Positions 18,656-27,646 of a stretch of 36,067 nt of DNA are shown in pieces. The stretch comes from a virus (lineage: Duplodnaviria > Heunggongvirae > Uroviricota > Caudoviricetes). Numbering within the stretch: position 1 is the stretch's first letter; every line of letters starts with the position of its first letter. Where the stretch lies: IMG/VR virus record IMGVR_UViG_2609460210_000005, one strand, 5' to 3'. The position numbers were made by a program, and so were the translations under genes. Under the pieces are notes generated by a model. It searched no databases and was not told the origin of the DNA. It saw only the letters and a program-made list of their open reading frames with translations.

Positions 18656-19106
18656 CCCACGTCACATCCTGGAATACATGCGACCAGTCGCCTTCGGAAG
18701 ATGGCAGGCGGGGTTTTGGCTCCGGCAGGTGTTCTGCCTGCGGTGTGCCCTGACTGCTGCGCGTGATGCGAACGCGTTCCCGCAGGGGGAGCGTAAACAG
18801 GAGATCGGCGCTGTCATCGTCATTGATAACGGCGGAGAATTTGATGTCCTGATTACGCTCCGGATTGAGCAACAACTGTGGCTGATTTTCGGATAACCAC
18901 GCCAGCAGCGGCAGCGTGAGGTCGTCCAGCTCTCCGGCGTAATCCATGACAAACATCACCATCTGATAGCGGTAAACAAACGAGGGCGTTTCTCCGGTCG
19001 TTTCAATGTTGCCGCTCTCCACGAAAATGGTGAATTTTTCCGGGTTAGCCTGACACCATCGGCATGAACGGGTCATGGCTTCACGCAGGGAATCAGTTTT
19101 CAGCAT
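18639..19106 (-). CDS. R: Tail completion protein R
   Basis: MLKTDSLREAM...LAWLSENQP matches gpR. Confidence 0.8.
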   Translation of the reverse strand: MLKTDSLREAMTRSCRWCQANPEKFTIFVESGNIETTGETPSFVYRYQMVMFVMDYAGELDDLTLPLLAWLSENQPQLLLNPERNQDIKFSAVINDDDSADLLFTLPLRERVRITRSSQGTPQAEHLPEPKPRLPSSEGDWSHVFQDVTWGESDG

Positions 19107-19383
19107 GGTTGTTGTCCTCGTTGTTCAGTCGTTGCAGCCTGCGCTGTTCCAGTAATTCAATGGCCCGTTTATCCGCGTTACAGGTTTCCAGTGCATCCAG
19201 AAGGCGGTCGNCCCATATACCGAGATTTCCCCATGTGGGAGTGTCAGGGAANGGGGGAGGCGTTACCGGTATGGTCAGCGTCTGCGGTATAAGCCGGACT
19301 GACGGCGCTGGCAGTGGCGCGTTCTGCGTGCCTGCGCAGCCTGTCAGTAAAACGAGCGTCAGGCAAAGCGTGGGCGCATTCAT
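19093..19383 (-). CDS. Outer-membrane spanin lipoprotein (Rz1/LysC-like); start placed at MNAPTLCLTLVLLTGC; two N bases in the gene
   Basis: Lipobox LLTGC, Pro-rich body, overlaps the 3' half of the i-spanin gene in another frame. Confidence 0.55.
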   Translation of the reverse strand: MNAPTLCLTLVLLTGCAGTQNAPLPAPSVRLIPQTLTIPVTPPXFPDTPTWGNLGIWXDRLLDALETCNADKRAIELLEQRRLQRLNNEDNNHAEN

Positions 19384-19651
19384 CTTTTGCAATATCGTTG
19401 CGTAGCTGTTCACGTCTTACCTCTCCGTCCTGATTGCGTTGCTGATTTTCCACGCGGAGTTGCGCCAGCACCTGCTGCATATCCTGTACCCCGGCGCTGA
19501 TGATATTCAGGGTGTCGGCGGTACTTTTCAGGGTGCTGGCCTGCGCTTCGTTTCTGGCGTTCTCCCGGCCCAGCGACCACGACAGACGCATGGATGTTCC
19601 CCATCCGGCAATCAGAAGGAAAGCGACGCCAAGCGTGGGCCAGAGCTTCAT
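19244..19651 (-). CDS. Inner-membrane spanin (Rz/LysB-like); start placed at MKLWPTLGVAFLLIAGWG
   Basis: N-terminal transmembrane helix followed by charged coiled-coil region; position after the endolysin gene. Confidence 0.55.
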   Translation of the reverse strand: MKLWPTLGVAFLLIAGWGTSMRLSWSLGRENARNEAQASTLKSTADTLNIISAGVQDMQQVLAQLRVENQQRNQDGEVRREQLRNDIAKDECAHALPDARFTDRLRRHAERATASAVSPAYTADADHTGNASPXP

Positions 19652-20040
19652 GCCGGATAGGCTCCGTGTGGTAACTGAAAATGCGGTCCGTCTTTCAGGG
19701 TCTTCCAGTCGCCGCCCCATTCCACCGGAATATTCAGTTCCCGGCTGGCCTGTCTGAATGCGGTTGCGATTTTTTCGTACAGCGGCCATTCCCATGACAC
19801 CTGGCTGCCGATATAAGCCACAACATCCACGGCATGACCCGTAAGGTGGCGGCTGTTCATGGTCTGGCTCTTACCCGTGGCCACCAGTTGCTTCTGGCGG
19901 TAACGGCTGCGCAACCCTTCGGTGATACCAAAATCCACTTCCGAGATTTCCAGTGCCCGTCGGGTCACTTTCACCAGATCAGGATTTACGCCCTGCAAAT
20001 TCTTTTCGCTCCGGCTGCTGAATTTAAATGTGTTGCTCAT
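19648..20040 (-). CDS. Endolysin, peptidase M15 (zinc D-Ala-D-Ala carboxypeptidase-like) type
   Basis: SRHLTGHAVD and GDW...DGPHFQ motifs (His-x6-Asp, His); position between the holin and spanin genes. Confidence 0.7.
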   Translation of the reverse strand: MSNTFKFSSRSEKNLQGVNPDLVKVTRRALEISEVDFGITEGLRSRYRQKQLVATGKSQTMNSRHLTGHAVDVVAYIGSQVSWEWPLYEKIATAFRQASRELNIPVEWGGDWKTLKDGPHFQLPHGAYPA

Positions 20041-20360
20041 TCGTCCTTCTCCTTCACCCTGCGATTAAAGGCCGCAATAACCTTGTCGCGTGCTTTCTCT
20101 GCCCCCATAAAACCGATTGATGCGCCGATAAACGTCACGGCATCTTCAGGAAAACCGAAGAAGCGCAACGACCCGGCCACGGCCATGGCAAGAACGCCGC
20201 ACGCCAGCGATCCCGTTACGGTCTGAACCAGTGTTCGTCCGTCATAAAGACTCATCAGCGCGGAAATGCTGACCGCCGCGCCTACTGCATACACCGTTGG
20301 CAGGTGGTCAAAGAGCCATGCAATAACCTGCTCTGTGATCCCTGTTTGAATGGTGTTCAC
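20037..20360 (-). CDS. Holin (GTG start with GGGGGGAG Shine-Dalgarno); the ORF track extends upstream to 20579
   Basis: About 108 aa with hydrophobic transmembrane segments and a charged C-terminus; position between X and the endolysin. Confidence 0.6.
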   Translation of the reverse strand: MNTIQTGITEQVIAWLFDHLPTVYAVGAAVSISALMSLYDGRTLVQTVTGSLACGVLAMAVAGSLRFFGFPEDAVTFIGASIGFMGAEKARDKVIAAFNRRVKEKDE

Positions 20361-20362
20361 TG

Positions 20363-20563
20363 CTACTCCCCCCACAACTGAATCATTTCTCGTTTCTTCT
20401 TCTCCGGCTCCGGCATCTCCACGTCCTGCCCGGCGTCCAGAAATACCTGCTGACAGAGTCCGGGGTTGGCATCCAGCACCTTTTCGGTGACGCCCTGCGT
20501 CGTGCCGTAGTACCGGAAACAGAGCGAATCCACGGTGTCGCCTTCCAGTGCCTTCACTTTCAT
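20363..20563 (-). CDS. X: Tail protein X (LysM-like)
   Basis: MKVKALEGDTVDSLCFRYYGTTQGVTEKVLDANPGL resembles P2 gpX; start overlaps the L stop (TGATG). Confidence 0.8.
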   Translation of the reverse strand: MKVKALEGDTVDSLCFRYYGTTQGVTEKVLDANPGLCQQVFLDAGQDVEMPEPEKKKREMIQLWGE

Positions 20564-21066
20564 CAGCACAGCTCCGCAAAAATTCGCGGGCGGCGCAGAA
20601 TGTCAGAGATGGCCCAGCTCACATCGCGCCACAAATCCGATGTCTGTATATCCAGTGCGTCCGCCCGGCGGTCGCCCTTGTCCGTTGTGTCCGCATCGCG
20701 GTAACGCTCCAGAATCAGGGCGCGTGTGGCGGTATAAACGGCATTGCGCCAGTGCCAGAGATTGACGCTTTCTCCGTTAATTACGGGTGCCGGAACATCG
20801 GCCAGCGTCTGATGGCCAGCCGCCTGCTGTTCCTGCTGCCACGCTTCCAGTTCGCGGGTAACGTGTGCCACGGCCCCGGTGGCGGTATGCAGCAGGCGGG
20901 AGGTGGTCACACGGCCCGGCAGTCGTATCGCCAGACGCAGCTCACGCAGCACAATATCCGGCCAGAATGCGCCCGCTGAAATACGGGTATCACCATCATC
21001 GGTATCGGTGATGTCGTCCTCTGCGGGTCCGGGTTCAGTTCTGGCAACCATACTCATGGGGTTCAC
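20563..21066 (-). CDS. L: Head completion/stabilisation protein L
   Basis: 167 aa, gpL-like; position after M. Confidence 0.75.
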   Translation of the reverse strand: MNPMSMVARTEPGPAEDDITDTDDGDTRISAGAFWPDIVLRELRLAIRLPGRVTTSRLLHTATGAVAHVTRELEAWQQEQQAAGHQTLADVPAPVINGESVNLWHWRNAVYTATRALILERYRDADTTDKGDRRADALDIQTSDLWRDVSWAISDILRRPRIFAELC

Positions 21067-21158
21067 TCCTGAAAAAATCGGGCGGTGGGTGCGCGGTGTA
21101 AACGGTCACGGAGTCAAACCGGAACACCGCGCACGCCGCCCGCTGACGGGGTCAGTCG

Positions 21159-21959
21159 TTAACCGCGCTTCGCCTTCTGCGTCGCGGTGGTTTTTCGTGT
21201 TGCAGGCTTCCGCGTTGTCTTTTTACTTTTGCTGCTTTCGTCCTGCGTCTGCGGTGTGCTGGCATCTTCTGGTGCGGCTGCGGAATCAGCTTTTTTCAGG
21301 GCGCGGGAAAGGGTTGCAATCTCGCGTTTCACACCTGCGTTCGGGTTCAGGTGCATCGCTTCGCGCAGCAGCTTCAGTGATGAGGCCATGCTGTCCGCAT
21401 CGCTCAGGCCACGGCGGGCAAAGGCGCACGCCTTGCATAATTTGGCGCGCACTTCGTCCGGCATATCCTGGTTGGCGACAATTTCCCAAAGTGTGTCCAG
21501 TGGTTCGATAAAGGTGGACAAATCCGCGTCGGCATCCGCCCCGGCCTGCGTCAGTACCGGGTTGCAGATTTCTTCGGTCAGTACCGTGGCAGCAGTACGG
21601 CCAAAGTTATCCGGCATGATGAGGTTGTGACGGACCACATACGCACCAATACGCAGCGCCAGCGGAAGATCGCCGCAGTCAATCGCCCACACCATCAGCG
21701 TGGCAATCACTTCATCCTGCTGCCCGCCGTCAGCCTCCAGCGTTCCCTCAATCCAGCCGGAAAAGTCCGGCAACAACTCTTTTTTGATGGCGGCTTTGGC
21801 ACTTCTGGCCTGTACGNCCTTAAGCCGGGCCTGTGCCAGACGCAGACGATACAGCACCTCTTCATGCGCGGTACGCGCGGCGTGGTCCACGCCTTCATTC
21901 GCCCGGCCTGCGCGCTGTGCCATCACGTTCTGCCAGTGTTGCTGTGCAGGAGTAATCAT
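21159..21959 (-). CDS. M: Terminase small (endonuclease) subunit M
   Basis: 266 aa, gpM-like with basic Lys/Thr-rich C-terminal tail; one N at 21818. Confidence 0.75.
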   Translation of the reverse strand: MITPAQQHWQNVMAQRAGRANEGVDHAARTAHEEVLYRLRLAQARLKXVQARSAKAAIKKELLPDFSGWIEGTLEADGGQQDEVIATLMVWAIDCGDLPLALRIGAYVVRHNLIMPDNFGRTAATVLTEEICNPVLTQAGADADADLSTFIEPLDTLWEIVANQDMPDEVRAKLCKACAFARRGLSDADSMASSLKLLREAMHLNPNAGVKREIATLSRALKKADSAAAPEDASTPQTQDESSKSKKTTRKPATRKTTATQKAKRG

Positions 21960-22004
21960 TTTTTCTCTCCGTTACAGGCGGGCATGATGCCCGCCGTGAG
22001 TTGA

Positions 22005-23057
22005 TTAGCTGTCGGCGAACTTCAGGCCAGTGACCATCGCGCACTTGCCATAGTCTTCAACGACATAAGCGTCATTGATGGACTGGTAGGTGGCGATGCG
22101 GTTGTATTCCGGTTCATCTTTCATCAGACGACGCATTGAACCTTTCTGCCAGTAAATCGACAGGTTGTTGAACGAGGTGATCAGCATCGTTGAATCCGGG
22201 AAGAACGGCGCAAGGAACACGCCCAGCCCGCCAATGGTGCGCGATGACAGAATGAGCTGCCCGGCAAGTAATTCCGCATTGGGATTCTGGCCGCTGATGC
22301 TGTTCAGCACGGGCAGACGCAGCGAGTTAAACAGGTTGCGCCCCATAATCACCACGAGGTCGTCAGCTTCCTTGTGCCATTCATCCAGCAGGGATGAGCG
22401 CGCGTCCTGTACCAGTGCATCAGCGTTCGCATACTTACCCGCGTGCGCCACGGTGTTGTCCATGTTACGGGAGGTCAGCGTCACGTCATTCATAACGCGT
22501 TCGCTGGCGTCGGTTCTGATGTGCTCCAGCCACCCCACGTTAACGTCCTGAAGCAACTTGTTGGTGCTGAAGTTGGACTCATCCGCGTGAGACGTGCCGT
22601 TGAAACCGATCATGATGCGGTCAAGTGCCACCTGTCGGGCAATCTGTGCGCTGATGCGGGACTGAAAATCAGGGTGTGCCGACCAGGCATCAAGCTGCGG
22701 ATACGAAATAAACGTGTCGTAGTTCACCTGTTCGCACTGGTATTTGCGGTTTTTCAGATCAACCACGTTATTCGGGTTACGGCGTTTTGTGCCGTCATAA
22801 CTGGTATTCGTGCGCGCAATCGGTCCTGTGGTATCCAGGAGGATTTTTTCGCCTTTCTGGTCGGTCACGCCGATCACGTTAATTCTTTTCGTAAATTCGG
22901 TACTTTCCTTTGAGGCGTTTTCAAAACGCTGCTGCACCGCGGGTTCCACGGTAAATCGCGATACCAGTGCAGAAACCGGGATATTGTTAAGCGACGCCTG
23001 CTGCGCCATATAGCAACCCAGCTTGTTGCGGGTAATATCTGACATCACCAGATTCAT
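22005..23057 (-). CDS. N: Major capsid protein N (true start may be MSDITRNK at 23045)
   Basis: FTVEPAVQQ...RINVIGVTDQKGEKI...IGFNGTS...NLSIYWQ matches P2 gpN. Confidence 0.85.
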   Translation of the reverse strand: MNLVMSDITRNKLGCYMAQQASLNNIPVSALVSRFTVEPAVQQRFENASKESTEFTKRINVIGVTDQKGEKILLDTTGPIARTNTSYDGTKRRNPNNVVDLKNRKYQCEQVNYDTFISYPQLDAWSAHPDFQSRISAQIARQVALDRIMIGFNGTSHADESNFSTNKLLQDVNVGWLEHIRTDASERVMNDVTLTSRNMDNTVAHAGKYANADALVQDARSSLLDEWHKEADDLVVIMGRNLFNSLRLPVLNSISGQNPNAELLAGQLILSSRTIGGLGVFLAPFFPDSTMLITSFNNLSIYWQKGSMRRLMKDEPEYNRIATYQSINDAYVVEDYGKCAMVTGLKFADS

Positions 23058-23080
23058 AAAAAATTTGCTCCTTTGTCTTA

Positions 23081-23917
23081 TCAGAAGTCAGCCAGCTGGT
23101 CGGAGGCTGCACCTGTTGCGGTGAACCGGTTCTGCGGATCGCCGTCCTGCGTGCGCAGTTTTTCCTTCAGTGCTGCCAGCTCTGTGGTCAGTAAAGTGAT
23201 TTTCTGGCTGTCCTGCTGATGGCGGGTTTCCAGCACATTAAAACGGTCGATAATGTCGGCCTGTGACGTTGCGACACCTTCCACCGCTTCCTGAATACGG
23301 GAGAAACTGGCGTCATCCGCTTTGCGGCCACGGCCAATAATCCCCATAACGCGGTTAAANCACTGGGTGCCTTCTTCCTGACGTTGTTCGGTGAGTTCGA
23401 TAAGTTCTGACTCCATAGCGGCGGTAAACATCGCCACGTCTCCCTGCTGACAGTTGAATGTCATCAGTTGCATACGTTGTTGTGCCGCAAAGGCCAGACG
23501 TTCCGTGCCCAGGCTGGCAGGGGTGTCGGTCATTGCCAGCCCGCGCAGGTAAGGGCCTCCCGTGATGGTTGACTGTGGTTCCAGCTCAATACTGGAGTAA
23601 ATTTTTTTACCATCGTTAAGCAGGGACATCATGCGAGCGGTCGGCTCAATTTCGGCATACAGTGCCGTGCGGCCTGCCAGCGGGCCATCGGTTATGTCTT
23701 CGGTGCTCAACCCCACAACATCGCCCATAGCGGAAAACTCGCTACCGGGGAGTGGTGACAGGATGTGCTCAATATTCACACGTGCACCATAAACGGACGG
23801 GTTATAACTGGTGGCGGCAGCTTTCAGCATGTCGCCGTTGATTTCGCGCCCGTCTGCCGTTACACCGGAGACAGCCACGCGAAACTTTTTGCGGGATGTC
23901 TTTTTTTCATTAGCCAT
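23081..23917 (-). CDS. O: Capsid scaffolding protein O; start placed at MANEKKTSRKKFRV
   Basis: gpO-like; RVNIEH...YSSIELEP...YLRGLAMTDTPASLGTE motifs. Confidence 0.8.
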   Translation of the reverse strand: MANEKKTSRKKFRVAVSGVTADGREINGDMLKAAATSYNPSVYGARVNIEHILSPLPGSEFSAMGDVVGLSTEDITDGPLAGRTALYAEIEPTARMMSLLNDGKKIYSSIELEPQSTITGGPYLRGLAMTDTPASLGTERLAFAAQQRMQLMTFNCQQGDVAMFTAAMESELIELTEQRQEEGTQXFNRVMGIIGRGRKADDASFSRIQEAVEGVATSQADIIDRFNVLETRHQQDSQKITLLTTELAALKEKLRTQDGDPQNRFTATGAASDQLADF

Positions 23918-23950
23918 AGTTTTTGCCCCTCTGACTGGTTCTTCAGTCAT

Positions 23951-24071
23951 GATGGCAAAGCGTAACAGGCTGATACAAAGGGCTTTTGTTGTAAGAAAAC
24001 GGCCAGAACAGGGGGTTAAGGAGAACAGTTTCGCGCGCGGGTAATCTTCCTGTAATTACTCAGGGGGAGCA
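23951..24071. promoter_or_regulatory. Divergent late promoter region between O (leftward) and P (rightward)
   Basis: Inferred from divergent operon layout as in P2; no exact TGT-N12-ACA Ogr site confirmed by eye. Confidence 0.4.
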
Positions 24072-25823
24072 ATGATTCAGGACGCTTTTGTGCGCCAGCG
24101 TGCGCGGCAACTTTACTGGCAGGGTTATCCGCCCGCAGAAATATCACGTCTGATGGGAATAAACCCGAACACGATTTATGCGTGGAAAAAACGCGACCAG
24201 TGGGATGAAACGCCACCCGTGCAGCGTGTCACGCAGTCCATCGATGCGCGCCTCATCCAGCTCACTGAAAAACAGAATAAAACAGGTGGTGACTTCAAGG
24301 AAATAGACCTGCTGACCCGGCAGCTTAAAAAACTGCATGATGGCCAGCCGGATGCGACGGCCACAGGAAAGAAAGGCCGGGCGAAAAAGCTTAAAAATCA
24401 TTTCACGCCGGAACAGATTGCCGCACTGCGGGAAAAAATCATCAGCAGGCTGGAGTGGCATCAGCGGGGCTGGTTTGACTCCCTGACCCTTTGCAGGGAA
24501 GCAGGGATACGTAACAGGATGATCCTGAAATCCCGACAGATTGGGGCGACCTGGTATTTTGCACAGGAAGCGCTGCTGATGGCGCTGCGTGACGATGTGG
24601 CGCAACCTTACCAGCGTAACCAGATTTTTTTGTCTGCGTCGCGTCGTCAGGCGTTCCAGTTTAAAAGCATTATTCAGAAGGCCGCGGCTGAAGTTGATGT
24701 GGAGCTGAAAGGGGGCGATAAAATCATCCTCTCCAACGGCGCAGAGCTGCATTTTCTCGGCACTTCTGCTGCGTCGGCACAGTCCTATACGGGCAATTTT
24801 TATTTTGATGAATTTTTCTGGGTCAGTCGCTTTGCTGAACTGCGCAAAGTGGCTGGCGCTATGGCAACCCTCAGCGGACTGCGGCGCACCTACTTCTCCA
24901 CGCCATCCACCGAAACGCACGAGGCATACGCCTACTGGAACGGCGACCGCTGGAACGAGAAAAAGGCCACGCATAAACGCCAGCGTTTTTCTGTGGACTG
25001 GAAAACGCTGCATAACGGGCTTATCTGNCCTGACCGGACGTGGCGGCAAATTGTCACGCTGGAAGATGTGGTTAATCACGGCTGGGAACACACCGATATC
25101 GACGAAATTCGTGATGAAAACACCGAAGACGAGTTCCTCAATCTCTATATGTGTGAGTTTGTCCGCGAAGGGGAATCGGCATTTAACCTGAATATCCTGA
25201 TTGGCTGCGGTGTTGACGGATACGACGACTGGAAAGACTGGAAACCTTTTGCTCCCCGCCCGATGGGAAATCGTCCGGTATGGATTGGATATGACGCAAA
25301 CGGCAGCAGTGGCAACGGCGACAGCGGCGCTGTATCCGTGGTGGTTCCTCCGGCTGTTCCTGGTGGCCGTTTTCGAACGGTGGAGACGCGACGCGTTCAG
25401 GGGCTGGAGTTTGAAGAACAGGCCAGAGTCATTGAAGAGTTCACGTGTCGCTACAACGTGGAACACATCGGCATTGATGTGACGGGCGGGAACGGGGAGG
25501 CTGTTTATCAGATAGTGAAACGGTTTTTCCCTGCCGCTATTCCGTACACCTTCACGCTGTCATCAAAACGGTCGCTGGTACTGAAAATGCTGCAAATAAT
25601 GCGTGCCGGGCGGTGGGAATACGATCGCGCCGAACGCGAGCTGGTCGCGGCCTTTAACGCCGTGCGTAAGGTGAAAACACCGGGCGGCTTTATCACTTAC
25701 GAAACGGACCGTGCGAGGGGGATCAGCCACGGCGACCTTGCGTGGGCAACCATGCTTGCTGTCATTAACGAACCGATTGGCGGCGAAGGAGAAAACGAGC
25801 GTTTCACGGTTATGGAGTTCTGA
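24072..25823 (+). CDS. P: Terminase large (ATPase) subunit P
   Basis: 583 aa, gpP-like; GGGGGAG ribosome-binding site. Confidence 0.85.
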   Translation: MIQDAFVRQRARQLYWQGYPPAEISRLMGINPNTIYAWKKRDQWDETPPVQRVTQSIDARLIQLTEKQNKTGGDFKEIDLLTRQLKKLHDGQPDATATGKKGRAKKLKNHFTPEQIAALREKIISRLEWHQRGWFDSLTLCREAGIRNRMILKSRQIGATWYFAQEALLMALRDDVAQPYQRNQIFLSASRRQAFQFKSIIQKAAAEVDVELKGGDKIILSNGAELHFLGTSAASAQSYTGNFYFDEFFWVSRFAELRKVAGAMATLSGLRRTYFSTPSTETHEAYAYWNGDRWNEKKATHKRQRFSVDWKTLHNGLIXPDRTWRQIVTLEDVVNHGWEHTDIDEIRDENTEDEFLNLYMCEFVREGESAFNLNILIGCGVDGYDDWKDWKPFAPRPMGNRPVWIGYDANGSSGNGDSGAVSVVVPPAVPGGRFRTVETRRVQGLEFEEQARVIEEFTCRYNVEHIGIDVTGGNGEAVYQIVKRFFPAAIPYTFTLSSKRSLVLKMLQIMRAGRWEYDRAERELVAAFNAVRKVKTPGGFITYETDRARGISHGDLAWATMLAVINEPIGGEGENERFTVMEF

Positions 25824-25844
25824 TGAGCAGNAAAAAATAAAAAA

Positions 25845-26870
25845 GTGCGCATGAGTTCACGCATTGATCTCGCTGATGCGCTCAGGAAAGAATCATCGCT
25901 CAGTGCATTCACATTTGATGGTCCTTATCGCCTGACCGGGCATGACCTGCTGGACAATATGTACTGTGCTGATAACGGGCGGTGGTATGAAACCCCGGTG
26001 GACTGGTACGGTCTGGCAAGAGCTGCCCGGCAAACGTCCTGGCATCAGTCTGCGCTTTACTTTAAGCGCAATGTATTACTCGGTTGCTACATCCCGCACC
26101 CGTTGCTTTCCCGGCAGGATTTCTCGGCGCTGGCGCTGGACTGGTTTGTGTTCGGTAACGCATTCCTTGAGCTTCGAAGCAATATGCTCGGCGAACCGCT
26201 TAAATTACGGCACGCCCTGGCGAAATACATGCGACGCGGAAGCGATCTTGAATCATGGTGGTATGTGCAGGATGGCAAGGACGCGTTTCAGTTTCGCCCT
26301 GGCAAAGTGTGCCACCTGATGAATCCTGACATTAACCAGGAAATCTACGGCATGCCGGAATATCTCGGCGCATTACTCTCGGCCAGCCTGTCTCATTCGG
26401 CGGACATGTTCAGAAAACTGTATTACGACAATGGATCCCACGCCGGGTGCATCATCTACATCGGTGCAGCGCAGGTAAACCGCGAAAGCATGGACTCCCT
26501 GAAAGAAACGCTACAGGGGGCACGTGGTGGTGGTGCGTTTAAAAACGTGCTCATTCATGCGCCTAACGGGGGCAAAGAGGGGGTGCAAATTTTGCCGTTC
26601 CAGCAGATCACCGCAAAGGATGAGTTCATGAATGTTAAGGCGGCATCCCGTGATGATGTGCTGGCTGCGCACCGCGTTCCGCCGCAACTGATGGGGGCGA
26701 TGCCGGGCGAAAAAAGTGCGTTTGGTGATGTGGAGAAGGCCGCGCGGGTTTACGCAATTAACGAGCTGATGCCCGTCATGGAGGCCATGAAGCACATCAA
26801 TGACTGGCTTGGCGAAGAGGTGATCCGCTTTAACCCTTACGCACTGTTAGACACCCAGCCCACATCCTGA
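25845..26870 (+). CDS. Q: Portal protein Q
   Basis: 341 aa, gpQ-like. Confidence 0.85.
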   Translation: MRMSSRIDLADALRKESSLSAFTFDGPYRLTGHDLLDNMYCADNGRWYETPVDWYGLARAARQTSWHQSALYFKRNVLLGCYIPHPLLSRQDFSALALDWFVFGNAFLELRSNMLGEPLKLRHALAKYMRRGSDLESWWYVQDGKDAFQFRPGKVCHLMNPDINQEIYGMPEYLGALLSASLSHSADMFRKLYYDNGSHAGCIIYIGAAQVNRESMDSLKETLQGARGGGAFKNVLIHAPNGGKEGVQILPFQQITAKDEFMNVKAASRDDVLAAHRVPPQLMGAMPGEKSAFGDVEKAARVYAINELMPVMEAMKHINDWLGEEVIRFNPYALLDTQPTS

Positions 26871-26895
26871 CGCGCTTCGCTTGTCTGCTGCTTCG

Positions 26896-26922
26896 CCGGG
26901 GCATAAAAAATTTATGCCCCGA
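26896..26922 (+). terminator. Hairpin CGGGGCATAAAAAATTTATGCCCCG downstream of Q
   Basis: Read directly. Confidence 0.5.
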
Positions 26923-27221
26923 CTCTCCAGCTCCTGTATCAGTCAGATAATTTCACGATGCTTTCCTGCTGATTGCCATCATCGACAGTCAGACTCTTAC
27001 ACAATCCCACCGCGTTGACTGCATGTTCTCGCCGCCTCAGTGCGATTTTGACGGCCTTATCTTCCACTCCATCAAATCAAAAGCCCTCACGTCTTTTTCA
27101 CGCTCAGCGTGAGAAATACAGCCATTCTGTTGTGTCGCTGCGACATCGTTCAGGGGATGCTATTTACCCCCTGAAACGCGGGCTGTTCCCCCGTCACCTG
27201 CGCGCAGAAAAAGCGCGTTTT

Positions 27222-27324
27222 TTTGTGCACGCACGGATCCTTGACGGATCCAGCCGCCATGCGGGCCGGAAGGGTAAAAAGTCGTTCAAAAAAATTGTGC
27301 AAATTTGTGCACTTTTGTGCAAAC
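27222..27324. repeat. Four copies of TTGTGCA, three of them phased about 10-11 bp apart (27294-27324) and one about 70 bp upstream; candidate protein-binding iterons in the cos-proximal region
   Basis: Read directly: TTTTTTTGTGCACG, AATTGTGCAAAT, TTTGTGCACTT, TTTGTGCAAAC. Confidence 0.5.
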
Positions 27325-27347
27325 AAAAAGCGCCCCTGAGGCGCTTT
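27325..27347 (-). terminator. Hairpin GCGCCTCAGGGGCGC with T-tract on the minus strand; terminator of the leftward A/early operon
   Basis: Read directly. Confidence 0.55.
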
Positions 27348-27381
27348 AGTGTTTTATAGGTTGTGTATATTTGCTGGGTCC

Positions 27382-27645
27382 TTATCCTGCTGTGCTTTCA
27401 ACTGATGAGGGGAACAAAATCTTTTCATCAAACCCTGCATTCATATCATGGACAGCAACACACCAATCCATTGACGAACGATTATCAAGAGCCTCCATGA
27501 TTTCATCCATGCGGCGTAGGTCATACAGGTAAATGCTTTTATCGCCAATGGTGTAAAAACCAATTTTTTTCGGTGATGGACAGCGATCAAGAACGTCCTG
27601 TAATTCGCTCAACCATGCTTGTTCTTTTTTTGTCAAAGTTGCCAT
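27382..27645 (-). CDS. Hypothetical 87-aa protein, translationally coupled to the upstream ParM-like ORF (GGAGAG Shine-Dalgarno inside its 3' end)
   Basis: ORF with RBS; no family recognised. Confidence 0.5.
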   Translation of the reverse strand: MATLTKKEQAWLSELQDVLDRCPSPKKIGFYTIGDKSIYLYDLRRMDEIMEALDNRSSMDWCVAVHDMNAGFDEKILFPSSVESTAG

Positions 27646-27646
27646 A

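Noticed and set aside
26871-27380. Exact cos site
   Set aside because: No convincing match to the P2-type 19-nt cohesive end (as I recall it) could be found by eye; only the region is indicated.
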